IMG/VR virus record: IMGVR_UViG_3300042298_003052
Location: 64,001 to 128,000 of that record
Direction: 5' to 3' (one strand)
Source: a virus
DNA: 64,000 nucleotides
This document shows positions 54,831 to 63,883 of this stretch, in pieces (the stretch's first letter is position 1; each line of letters starts with the position of its first letter). The notes beneath the pieces were generated by a model. The model was not told the DNA's origin, searched no databases, and was given only the letters and a program-made list of their open reading frames with translations. Made by a program: the position numbers and the translations under genes.

Positions 54831-55760
54831 GTGAGTATAATGCATCCAGAGCAAAACCACAAGCTAGAGCCAAAAGTCTACTCAACGATGGTAGACGACA
54901 TGAAAGCATCTCAGGCGTTCTTCTGGTACGTGCGATCTTTGGATAAAGAAGGAACAGGACAGTTAAAGGTCCATTTGCCCACAGTGGCTAAATATTTTAA
55001 GAAATCAAAATCGACCGTTAGACGATGGGTTAATGACGCCTACTCAGAGGGCTATATAACCTACGTGAAGCGGTTCAGAAGAGAAAATAGTGTTGTGATA
55101 CGGTACGCTTCATTCAGCCGTGTTGCAGACGCTCTAGGCTTGTCTGAGTTAGGTAATGTGGTATGGATGGATCGCAAACAAATGCAATCCATTAAAAAAA
55201 CTGCCACTGCTGCTCTAATGATGATGAGGCAGAACCAATCTTTTTACAACGCCAAGGAGGTTAACAAAAAGAATAAAGGCACAGATCGTGCCAAAAGAGT
55301 TCGAGGTACACAGTCATTATTCAAGAATAAAAAAATCAACTCTCGTGGTAATGTCAGGTTTTCTATTAAAAAACGTAGAAAACGGGGAGACAAAGGTGTT
55401 TTATTCAGGAATGATCGCTGGTGTGTCGTTTCAGAGAAGTTCCTTCTATTCGGATCCACTCAGCTATCCCTATCAAAACTGATGGGGAGATCTGTTAGAA
55501 CGATTCGTAATAGATTGAAAGGCATTGAAAGAGTACAATTAGCTAAAAATGTTTTCAGAGCTTCTGAGAACCTTAATTTAGCTATTGATGAGTTCTCTAA
55601 ATATGCGATCGATGGGAAACCATTGTTTAAGATCGATCGCTATGTAGTTGAACCTTTTTGCAATGTCTATAACTTCTCTTCATCTATTCATACATCTAGT
55701 TCCTATCGCGCTCTTAATCGATATATTCGCTTTAAGAAACGTAGTGCTAGCTTGGGGTAG
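54831..55760 (+). CDS. Basic DNA-binding protein with two HTH-like segments
   Basis: VAKYFKKSKSTVRRWV and QLSLSKLMGRSVRTIRNRL. Confidence 0.65.
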   Translation: MSIMHPEQNHKLEPKVYSTMVDDMKASQAFFWYVRSLDKEGTGQLKVHLPTVAKYFKKSKSTVRRWVNDAYSEGYITYVKRFRRENSVVIRYASFSRVADALGLSELGNVVWMDRKQMQSIKKTATAALMMMRQNQSFYNAKEVNKKNKGTDRAKRVRGTQSLFKNKKINSRGNVRFSIKKRRKRGDKGVLFRNDRWCVVSEKFLLFGSTQLSLSKLMGRSVRTIRNRLKGIERVQLAKNVFRASENLNLAIDEFSKYAIDGKPLFKIDRYVVEPFCNVYNFSSSIHTSSSYRALNRYIRFKKRSASLG

Positions 55761-55934
55761 ATGACATAAATACCGGAAAATAATGCGTTTTCACTTGATA
55801 GATCGCACTATCGAGTGAATCTTTGCGTCAATGTAAATATACAAGATCGCACATCATTTGATAAGAAATCGTAGATCCATCTGTAGTACATTTGAACGCT
55901 TGCTGATCTAAATGCGATCGATCTAGAAATTATC

Positions 55935-55975
55935 TGTCAATTTAGGTTGACACTTAAAAATATGTCTGATAATAT
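55935..55975 (+). promoter_or_regulatory. Sigma70 promoter with perfect -35 dyad
   Basis: TGTCAA-N6-TTGACA-17-TAATAT; leader shared with the 50162 promoter. Confidence 0.75.
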
Positions 55976-56005
55976 AGGAAATGTACAGAGAGGGAGAAGA
56001 AAGGG

Positions 56006-56230
56006 ATGTCGGCAGTAGTGCGTACTTGTCCAGAACTTGTTTACAGTGTATTTCAATGTGAAAAGGGGTATCGTATTTGTGCCACATGGGTCAGGCCGTA
56101 TAAAATGGGCGAATGGCAAGACTGTGAAGTATTATTTGGTAGCAGTAATTTGTGGATTACCTATTCCACCGAAGAAGAAGCCCTGACTGCTGCTAGAAGT
56201 ACTGGTCGTGTCATAACGACAAATGCTTGA
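56006..56230 (+). CDS. Hypothetical protein
   Basis: First gene after promoter. Confidence 0.6.
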   Translation: MSAVVRTCPELVYSVFQCEKGYRICATWVRPYKMGEWQDCEVLFGSSNLWITYSTEEEALTAARSTGRVITTNA

Positions 56231-56264
56231 AACTCACCATTATTCAAACTAAGGAGAAATCATC

Positions 56265-56954
56265 ATGGGAACGGAGTATTTTATCAAGATCTCAAATTTT
56301 GAACCCATTAGGGATCATCTGTCAGATGTGAATCCCGGCTTTTATAGGCTAGTAGACGCCCATGGACGCCTAGGAGAAGACTGGTCGGTACAAAGACATC
56401 TGAACGGTGCTGAGAGTCGTTCTGTGAGCCTTATAGTGCCCCCTGGGTTCTCGATTCCCACCGAGGAGGAATACCAATTTCTCTTAGGGTGGTTTAGAAC
56501 GAATCTAAGCTATCTTTCTGAAGATGATATAAACGCCTTCATGAAGATCGCCCCTGGTGTGTTGTCAAGGATTAAGAACGATCTTAAGAAAAAGATCGCT
56601 GAGATCAGGGAAGAGATGAAACAATGTAAAAAAGAGTTACGATATATTTCTAAAGTGACAAGGGAACTATTGGATTTCCAAATTCCTGATCACGAATATT
56701 TTAACGTTGAATTATGTGAACCTATGTTTGATAAGTTCACAAAAGCTCTAAGCATCTACTACTCGGGAAACTCCCTTGTGGCAACATCGTACCGGAATTA
56801 TAAAGACGTTACGATTTACAAATTTTGGTGTGGAGACACCGCTGATGATGTAAAGAACGCGTTGTTGTTAGAATGCGATCAACAATTAGATCATGTAAGT
56901 TATAAGATGTACAAATTAACCGAACGTGTCGAGAATCTTGTCTCAATTGCGTAA
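56265..56954 (+). CDS. Hypothetical protein
   Basis: AAGGAG RBS. Confidence 0.7.
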   Translation: MGTEYFIKISNFEPIRDHLSDVNPGFYRLVDAHGRLGEDWSVQRHLNGAESRSVSLIVPPGFSIPTEEEYQFLLGWFRTNLSYLSEDDINAFMKIAPGVLSRIKNDLKKKIAEIREEMKQCKKELRYISKVTRELLDFQIPDHEYFNVELCEPMFDKFTKALSIYYSGNSLVATSYRNYKDVTIYKFWCGDTADDVKNALLLECDQQLDHVSYKMYKLTERVENLVSIA

Positions 56955-56974
56955 TAAGGAAGGAGAAATACATT

Positions 56975-57379
56975 ATGAATATGTTACTAAAATGGGGATC
57001 CGTTTCTAGCCAGTATTGGCTAGAGGGACAGAAAGACTTGTTCGACCTTAACCAAGGTTGGCAGGAACGTCAGCTAGATCAAGAGCTGAACTACGCGCAA
57101 GCTCTTTATGTAGCTTTCCAGACGGATTACCTGACCGCTGGCCCTAATTGGGTCAACAATACATGCGGGGAGTATGACGTGACGATTTTCATCCACGATG
57201 ATTGTGGATATGGTAATTGTCAAGGTGTCTCTTTTTTTCACGAAGGAGATCCTTGGGAATCAAATGAAGATCGCCTCGATCTTTTCGTTAGGTGCGTGGC
57301 AAAAGCCACAAATAGCACACCTGAATATGTGGAAGCGGCTCTGCGGGAAAATGGATTCGATTTTGAGAGGGACTATTAG
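56975..57379 (+). CDS. Hypothetical protein
   Basis: AAGGAG RBS. Confidence 0.7.
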   Translation: MNMLLKWGSVSSQYWLEGQKDLFDLNQGWQERQLDQELNYAQALYVAFQTDYLTAGPNWVNNTCGEYDVTIFIHDDCGYGNCQGVSFFHEGDPWESNEDRLDLFVRCVAKATNSTPEYVEAALRENGFDFERDY

Positions 57380-58081
57380 ATGAAAGCTATAGTAACCAAC
57401 CCGAGACTAAGGGTTCCTTTTCGCGGAAACGGAGGCGATAGCAACCAATCATGGGTTGGGATTACCCTTGAAAGCGATCCTGTGGATCAAGGACTAGGGG
57501 ATCCTTGGGATATTGAATGGCTACAAGATGAGGTATTAACCTCACTGATGCTCGATATTCCTAGTGGTCGATTGACGTTCCAGAATACCCCAATGGGTAT
57601 ATCTGTAGAGTTTGATTTCCCTGATACCGATTACCAGGAACCATTCCTTGTTTTAAGTGCCCCGGAGGGAGTGTGGAATGGAAAACAGGGCGGTTTATTC
57701 GGAGGTCTATCGGCCTATGGTCGGTTCTACTTCAACAACATTTCTAAAGTGTTTTCTGGTACATACATGTTGCCAGAAGACGAAGGGGAGATCGATTGGC
57801 GAACTTATAAACTCCGCCAACGTGCGGTAGAAGCGTCTATGACAGATCGCGATAACGATTTTGAAATCGTAGCTGGTATCGCCGCTGTTTGCAAAATGTC
57901 CGTTGAAGATCGTATCGACTATCAAGAATTACTTGATGGTTGGTACGAATTGATCAGACAGGAAGTAGAAGAGTATCCTATCCAAACTATCAGTCTAGAT
58001 TGGATCCTAGGTCTAGCGCCTAAGGATCGTCTTCCTGAGGAGAACGAGATGGTTAGACAAGTGTTAGGTATTCATCAATAA
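57380..58081 (+). CDS. Hypothetical protein, paralog D1
   Basis: GDPWD, W.GKQ.G.FGG.SAYG.F, GTYMLPED, DW.TYK.RQ.AVEA shared with 58725. Confidence 0.75.
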   Translation: MKAIVTNPRLRVPFRGNGGDSNQSWVGITLESDPVDQGLGDPWDIEWLQDEVLTSLMLDIPSGRLTFQNTPMGISVEFDFPDTDYQEPFLVLSAPEGVWNGKQGGLFGGLSAYGRFYFNNISKVFSGTYMLPEDEGEIDWRTYKLRQRAVEASMTDRDNDFEIVAGIAAVCKMSVEDRIDYQELLDGWYELIRQEVEEYPIQTISLDWILGLAPKDRLPEENEMVRQVLGIHQ

Positions 58082-58126
58082 AGATACAATATCTTCTAGA
58101 GTTGTAGAGAAAAAGGCACAACTTAC

Positions 58127-58158
58127 GACCTTGATCATACGATCAAGGTCTTTTTTTT
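58127..58158 (+). terminator. Rho-independent terminator
   Basis: gaccttgatc/gatcaaggtc followed by T8. Confidence 0.75.
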
Positions 58159-58216
58159 GCGATCGCACTTATACGATCTGACCAAAACCCTTGGTACACC
58201 GTAGCGATCTGATCCG

Positions 58217-58365
58217 TTTTGACCAATCGATTGGGTCAATTTGACCCGTTCGATCAACTCATTTTGGACAATCGATTGGGTCAATTTGACCTAATCGAAC
58301 AAATACATTTTGACCAATCGATTAGGTCAAATTGACCCAATCGGGAGGGTCAGTCTGACCCAATC
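58217..58365. repeat. Iteron-like 45-46-bp tandem repeats (x3) with nested palindromes
   Basis: ttttgaccaatcgattgggtcaatttgacc at 58217, 58262, 58308. Confidence 0.85.
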
Positions 58366-58557
58366 TTCTATATTAAAGAGACTAAAGAGAATATATATAT
58401 AGAGACGCCCCTAACGGGGCTACGACAGAGATCCACAAATGTTGAATTTATTGATCCACAAATGTGGATCATTGATCGCACTAGGACGATCGCTATTGAT
58501 CATCAATCGCTATGTCACTATCAACATTCGTGGATCATTGATCGTTCTTAGATATGA

Positions 58558-58727
58558 GATCGTCCTAGTGCTTTACCTTTTGTGGATCCAGTCAACAAAC
58601 GATCGCGTTTCAACCATCGTGGATCAAAACAAGAGCGATCGCGTTCGGGTCGAGTGTAAACCGGACTTGACAGTTCTGGTGCGATCGTTTAGAATGAAAG
58701 GAGATGAGTTAAAGGAATGCAATCATG
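58558..58727 (+). repeat. ~170-bp promoter cassette, copy 1 (TGTAAA-N6-TTGACA-17-TAGAAT)
   Basis: Matches 59858..60026 up to the ATG. Confidence 0.9.
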
Positions 58728-59435
58728 GTCAAGTTTGAATTGAAGAACGCATCAGTTACCGTCCCCGTCGTTGGAGACGGCGGGTATGCCAACAAGTCCA
58801 GCCTTGAACTGGATGTTCTTAGTGTTGGTAAGGTTAACGTCGGAGATCCGTGGGATCTCTCTTTCCTCAAGGGGAAGGAGATCCAGCACCAAGGGCTGAC
58901 TTTGAGTATCCCCTCTGGGATGCTTAAATTTTTAGGAAATATCTCTGTTTCGTTAGAAGCAGAAGAAGATGGATTTGAGAGCTTTGTTTTTCGGGCTCAA
59001 GAAGCCCGTTGGTCCGGAAAACAGGACGGCTATTTCGGCGGCATGTCCGCCTATGGAAATTTCCGTGCTCAGATTGAATGGGTGGTGGAGGGCACCTATA
59101 TGCTGCCCGAAGACTTCACGGGTAGGTCGTTCAAAAATTTGGCTACCCTGGTCACCCTCCACTTGGAGGAATGGCCCTGTTTTTACAGGGTTGACTGGGA
59201 AACCTACAAGCGTCGCCAATGGGCGGTAGAGGCTGTAGATCGTCAACAAGCTCTATCGCTTGCTGCTAGCGCTGCAAAAATGCTAGCTATCCCGGCTAGC
59301 GATAGAAATTCTCAGATAGACGAAAGTCTATCTTGGTGGTGGGACTACATCCGACGACAAGAACTAAAATCTCTTGAGGGATTTGATACTTACGAAACGG
59401 TTTCTGAGGCAATGGAGGCTGACAGCCTAAATTAG
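58725..59435 (+). CDS. Hypothetical protein, paralog D2
   Basis: Paralog of 57380. Confidence 0.75.
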   Translation: MVKFELKNASVTVPVVGDGGYANKSSLELDVLSVGKVNVGDPWDLSFLKGKEIQHQGLTLSIPSGMLKFLGNISVSLEAEEDGFESFVFRAQEARWSGKQDGYFGGMSAYGNFRAQIEWVVEGTYMLPEDFTGRSFKNLATLVTLHLEEWPCFYRVDWETYKRRQWAVEAVDRQQALSLAASAAKMLAIPASDRNSQIDESLSWWWDYIRRQELKSLEGFDTYETVSEAMEADSLN

Positions 59436-59536
59436 CCTCTTCATCACCCCAGGGTCTACCTACTAGGCTCTGGGGTGCCTTTTGCTGTTGTCTACTGTTC
59501 GTTTTTTTTGTTCACTTTCGTCCAAGGAGGACAATC

Positions 59537-59842
59537 ATGGTCAAGTTTGAATTGAAGGAAGCTCAAGATCTCCACCCGACTCTGGGATTGCCGGAGGGAT
59601 CAATAGTGAAAGTTTCAGAAGCTTCTGAAACTTTTTGTGCGGGGCATGTCGGATTTATAGTCCGGCAAAGCCTGGACGAAACTTCCGCAGAAGAAAACGA
59701 ATGGGGCTTTTCTTCGTTCAACTCTGTAAATGGAGTGTGCTACGAAATTCCCTATGAGGATTTTGAAGCGTTAAAATACTTCGACCGCAGATTTTACCGC
59801 CTGCGAGTAGTGCAGGGGGAATACATCAACGATTTGGATTAG
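59537..59842 (+). CDS. Hypothetical protein; first 7 codons identical to 58725
   Basis: AAGGAGG RBS; caatcatggtcaagtttgaattgaag shared. Confidence 0.7.
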   Translation: MVKFELKEAQDLHPTLGLPEGSIVKVSEASETFCAGHVGFIVRQSLDETSAEENEWGFSSFNSVNGVCYEIPYEDFEALKYFDRRFYRLRVVQGEYINDLD

Positions 59843-59857
59843 CAAATAGGGTATACG

Positions 59858-60026
59858 ATCGTCCTAGTTTGTTATCTTTTGTGGATCCAGTCAACAAACA
59901 ATCGTGTTTCAACCATCGTGGATCAAAACAAGAGCGATCGCGTCCGGGTTGCCTGTAAACTGAACTTGACACTTCTGGTGAGATCGTTTAGAATAAAAGG
60001 AGATGAGTTAAAGGAATGCAATTATG
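59858..60026 (+). repeat. ~170-bp promoter cassette, copy 2
   Basis: Matches 58558..58727. Confidence 0.9.
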
Positions 60027-60254
60027 ACCAATTTCATTGCAGAGCTGACTTCTCCGGAACAAGCTCTAGAGTTAACCCAAGGTCGTCTAGTTATGGAAGT
60101 TTTTGAAGTATCGTTCTCACCAGAGAATGTGCTTACTGCGGCGGCTCTGCTAATTGAAAAAGAAGACAATGCTAATCTAGTGAGTCAAGCGGGAGTAATC
60201 GCCCGTGCAGGCAAACATGGTTGGGGTATGGGAGACGTTTACCGTACCGTCTAG
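60024..60254 (+). CDS. Hypothetical protein
   Basis: First gene after promoter. Confidence 0.65.
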   Translation: MTNFIAELTSPEQALELTQGRLVMEVFEVSFSPENVLTAAALLIEKEDNANLVSQAGVIARAGKHGWGMGDVYRTV

Positions 60255-60350
60255 CATCAGGTGGTTTACGTAGACTGTCTTGTATGGATAGTCTACGTAA
60301 ACCATTTGTTAAAATATAAATTAAAACCAACGAATCAAAAGAGGATGGTC

Positions 60351-60839
60351 ATGAGTAAAGCGTATTATCTGGCAGCGATCGCTAGCTTCTGTAACATGGA
60401 TAATGCTGCGTCAGAAGAGGAAATCACTCAATATATAAAGAAGTTGGAAGGTATAGACATTGAAATAACTGAAAAAGATGTTTTTCTATGGGCACCTGAC
60501 ATCAAAATGAGAGTGCGGTTATGGTTGTTACCCGAAATGTCTTTCGATAACGTGGCAGACTCATTATCTTGGGGTTTTGATCGTGTTCAGAACTGTAGAG
60601 AATGGAATACACTGTTCTCGATGGAAGGAGGGGAGGTTCTGTATAGGATCCGGAACGATGATACCGTAGAGATACTATATCCGTCTTGTACGGACCTGAG
60701 TGAAGAAGCGATCGTTTCTCTAATGTTAGAGAAGATCAATGATAGGTTACAGTTTCATAAAGCTTCTGATGGCGAATATAAAATCGAAGAATTATCAGAA
60801 CGTGAAAATGCTATTATTTTCCCAATTACCACTAAATAA
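60351..60839 (+). CDS. Hypothetical protein
   Basis: GAGG RBS before MSKAYY. Confidence 0.65.
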   Translation: MSKAYYLAAIASFCNMDNAASEEEITQYIKKLEGIDIEITEKDVFLWAPDIKMRVRLWLLPEMSFDNVADSLSWGFDRVQNCREWNTLFSMEGGEVLYRIRNDDTVEILYPSCTDLSEEAIVSLMLEKINDRLQFHKASDGEYKIEELSERENAIIFPITTK

Positions 60840-60842
60840 AAA

Positions 60843-61055
60843 ATGAAGAAGATAGCTTTGTTAGAACTTCCCAGCAACGATTATGATATAAACGTAGGTC
60901 AGATCGTGGTTGGAAGAATTTGGAAAGATGGAGACGTATATCGATACCAGATCTTCAAAACGGAGATCACAGAGTCGTATGCCCCTTCGCCTTTTATGAG
61001 TTTGATGGAGGCGATCGTAGCGGCTACTGACAAGATCCGGAGTCAACTGGGTTAA
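60843..61055 (+). CDS. Hypothetical protein
   Basis: Operon. Confidence 0.6.
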   Translation: MKKIALLELPSNDYDINVGQIVVGRIWKDGDVYRYQIFKTEITESYAPSPFMSLMEAIVAATDKIRSQLG

Positions 61056-61057
61056 CC

Positions 61058-61285
61058 ATGGTGAAAAACGTTGCACTAGATCTTATAAAGAAACAATTTG
61101 TGTTGCGATTGTGTAAAGATCCTTTTACTGGTACAAGCGGCTATGGTATCTTTGATGTGTACCAAACAGACGGTTTGATGAGTTCTGTCTATGTGAATAA
61201 AGAGGATGCGATCGAAGCTTTGAAAGAGTGGATAGAAGGTGTTTACGATTGTTTACCCCCAGAGGAGAAAACCCATGAAAACTGA
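61058..61285 (+). CDS. Hypothetical protein
   Basis: Operon. Confidence 0.6.
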   Translation: MVKNVALDLIKKQFVLRLCKDPFTGTSGYGIFDVYQTDGLMSSVYVNKEDAIEALKEWIEGVYDCLPPEEKTHEN

Positions 61286-61466
61286 TCAAGAGATTCTAGT
61301 CCGATTTGTAGAAGCATTGCTTTCAAATCCTAACGTCTGGGATCGAAATCGATCTGATGAAAATCTAGACTATGTTTTAGCTACAGCGGTAGTAGCCGCC
61401 AATAAGGTTTTCTATATCCTAAGCGATCAAAATAAGATCGATGAAGACGATATTTCATATCACTGA
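61275..61466 (+). CDS. Hypothetical protein
   Basis: GAGGAG RBS before MKTDQ. Confidence 0.6.
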   Translation: MKTDQEILVRFVEALLSNPNVWDRNRSDENLDYVLATAVVAANKVFYILSDQNKIDEDDISYH

Positions 61467-61510
61467 ACGAAAAATAAATTCAATCCTAGAAATATATCAA
61501 GGAGAATACC

Positions 61511-61945
61511 ATGTCATCAAAACTAACAGACGAAATATATAAGTTACAAAAGACTAGGGAACAACTAGCTAACGATTGGAAATTTTGTATTTATGAAACT
61601 TATTTCATCAACTTTCAGGATATTGATCACAAAGATATGATAGCTGTCCTAAGTGGCGAAGTGGTTACATTGCAGCTTGACTTCGCTGGTGATACTTTTC
61701 ATTTTTACAGTTCTCGTATCCAACCAGTCTCTACAAACACGTTAGAAGCCTATAGAAAAGACTACATACATACGTTTGTTCCATTCCATAAAAGTCAATT
61801 GGTTTACCGAGACGACTGTGGTGTATCTATACCACATTTGCTTTATAACGATCTTTGGTCGGTAGATCTATTTTTATACGATAGCAATCGTAAACAAATC
61901 ACTGACATACCGCTACACTTTCTGCAAAAACTTGGATTACGCTAA
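61511..61945 (+). CDS. Hypothetical protein
   Basis: AAGGAG RBS. Confidence 0.65.
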   Translation: MSSKLTDEIYKLQKTREQLANDWKFCIYETYFINFQDIDHKDMIAVLSGEVVTLQLDFAGDTFHFYSSRIQPVSTNTLEAYRKDYIHTFVPFHKSQLVYRDDCGVSIPHLLYNDLWSVDLFLYDSNRKQITDIPLHFLQKLGLR

Positions 61946-62083
61946 ATATCAACGTTGGCAAAAGCAACACCTTTCCGAATAGTCTATATACCTAATATCT
62001 CCAGCAAGAACGATCGCCGTTCATAATAAGGGCGATCGTTATTGTTTTTTTAATCTTTTTGAAAAAAATCGTGGAAAAAATAG

Positions 62084-62124
62084 TGTCTACATAGGTTGAC
62101 AATTAAAAGTAAGTCGATTAGAAT
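62084..62124 (+). promoter_or_regulatory. Sigma70 promoter with -35 dyad
   Basis: TGTCTA-N6-TTGACA-17-TAGAAT. Confidence 0.75.
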
Positions 62125-62153
62125 AGGATCAAGTTAGAAAAAGGAAATTTCTT

Positions 62154-63224
62154 ATGACTCACGAATTTGATTCTGGTTTCTTCTATCAAAAGCCTGCGTG
62201 GCATCGTCTAGGAAATGTCGTAACTGACATGTTAACCACGGGTGAAGCGATCGTTGCGGCAGGTATGAATTGGGAAGTACTTGAAGTTCCGATTTTCGCT
62301 AATTCAAATATACTACTAGACGGGACGATCGCTCCCTGGCTTGTTGATCCTGGTATTCATACGATCCCAGATAAAAAAGCGCTGATCCGAAGCGATACAG
62401 GGAAAACGCTTCATGTATGCAACAGATCATGGACAGTTTTACAGAATAAGGAAGCATTCAACTGGTTCGACCCTCTGATTCAGGACGGCGACGTTTATTT
62501 AGACGCTGCCGTGTCTTTACAAGAGGGTAAACGTATCGCTATTACTGCCAAGATCAAAGACGGTATTGGTTCTGTTTTACCAGGTGATGATGTAGAATTG
62601 TATGTTGTTCTGTATAACTCCCACGATGGTACACTGCAAGTTGGTATGATGTTCAGTACTATTCGAGTTGTGTGTGCGAACACCCTTGGTGCGGCGATCT
62701 CTGATCGTAAACGAAAAGGCGATTATGCCCAATTCGAGAAGGGTGATGACCTTGCCGTTACAGCGAAGTCTGTGAGGGCAAAGCACACTAAAAACCTTCA
62801 TCAAAACATGAACTTGGTACAGGGTAAGATCGATATCGCTAGACGCGATTTTAATTTAACCTTGGAACAATACCGTAACATGGCGAAGACCCCGATGAAT
62901 GAAGCCTTGTTCCGGGAATATCTCTGTCGGGTATATGATTACGATGTCGAGATGAAGCCCAACGCACAGGGCAAGACGATCAAAGATATGAGAGGATACA
63001 ATCAGATTCTCAAGAATTTTGAGGCTGGAGTTGGTATCGACATCAAGGGTGTGGAAGGGACATTATGGCAAGGTTATCAAGCGGTCACCGAGTATATCAC
63101 TCACGCTAAGGATAATTCAGCATTGGACGATCAAAGAAAACGCCTTAACCAGCTTCTCTTTGGTACTGCTGCTGATTTAACTCAAAGGGCTCATAACGTG
63201 GCCGTAGAGATGATCGCTCGATAG
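62154..63224 (+). CDS. DUF932 family phage/plasmid protein
   Basis: PAWHRLG, LQNKEAF, NSHDGT, IRVVCANTL, GTLWQGYQAVTEY.TH. Confidence 0.85.
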   Translation: MTHEFDSGFFYQKPAWHRLGNVVTDMLTTGEAIVAAGMNWEVLEVPIFANSNILLDGTIAPWLVDPGIHTIPDKKALIRSDTGKTLHVCNRSWTVLQNKEAFNWFDPLIQDGDVYLDAAVSLQEGKRIAITAKIKDGIGSVLPGDDVELYVVLYNSHDGTLQVGMMFSTIRVVCANTLGAAISDRKRKGDYAQFEKGDDLAVTAKSVRAKHTKNLHQNMNLVQGKIDIARRDFNLTLEQYRNMAKTPMNEALFREYLCRVYDYDVEMKPNAQGKTIKDMRGYNQILKNFEAGVGIDIKGVEGTLWQGYQAVTEYITHAKDNSALDDQRKRLNQLLFGTAADLTQRAHNVAVEMIAR

Positions 63225-63302
63225 TTGACTTATCACGGTCTCTCTAGCATTAATCGACCAGAGAGACCGTGATATAATGAATAAAACAAATGGAGCAAAA
63301 TT

Positions 63303-63842
63303 ATGAAAACCATCGAAGAACTAAGAAAGTCTTTTGGCTTTAAGGTTCAGTATACTGAACTTCAAGTAAAAGACTTTCTTAGAAAAAACATTGCGGGCTT
63401 AATTGATTGGGATGTACCTCTATCCGTTGGTTACAACCTCCAACGAGATTATGTATGGAATCCTCTTCAGAAAGAGGAACTGATATGGTCGATCCTTCTA
63501 GACCGACCTGTACCAAACATTTCTGTTGTTTCTGTATATAAAGATACGGGTATTTTATATCAAATCATTGATGGCAAGCAACGGTTATCAACTGTGATTG
63601 ATTTTATACAAGAAGGGTTTCCTATTCACATTGATGGAGAAACTTCTTTCTGGGGTACCCTACCAGAGGATTATAAAAGCGTCATATTATCTTTCTTTTT
63701 AGGAGTTAATGTTCTTTCTGATCCCATTGATAATCCCATGTCAGACCAAGATAAGATAAAGTGGTTCACATTGCTTAACTTCGCAGGTACTAAACAGGAT
63801 CTAGAACATAAGCTTAAGTTACAGCAGTCTTTTTCTCTTTAG
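63303..63842 (+). CDS. DUF262 (ParB-like/GmrSD N-terminal) domain protein
   Basis: LQRDYVW, LIWSIL, IIDGKQRLST, F..LN.AGT. Confidence 0.85.
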   Translation: MKTIEELRKSFGFKVQYTELQVKDFLRKNIAGLIDWDVPLSVGYNLQRDYVWNPLQKEELIWSILLDRPVPNISVVSVYKDTGILYQIIDGKQRLSTVIDFIQEGFPIHIDGETSFWGTLPEDYKSVILSFFLGVNVLSDPIDNPMSDQDKIKWFTLLNFAGTKQDLEHKLKLQQSFSL

Positions 63843-63883
63843 TTACGACTTGATTCCCTTTGTCAAACTTTAGGAGCTAACCT

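Noticed and set aside
58217-58365. Possible CRISPR mini-array
   Set aside because: Intervening segments are only about 15 bp and partly conserved, the repeats are degenerate, and no cas gene or leader is seen; iteron-like instead.
58439-60106. ORFs 58439..58738 and 59879..60106 as paralogous genes
   Set aside because: Their similarity comes from the duplicated promoter cassette they overlap; they span -35/-10 boxes and lack an RBS.
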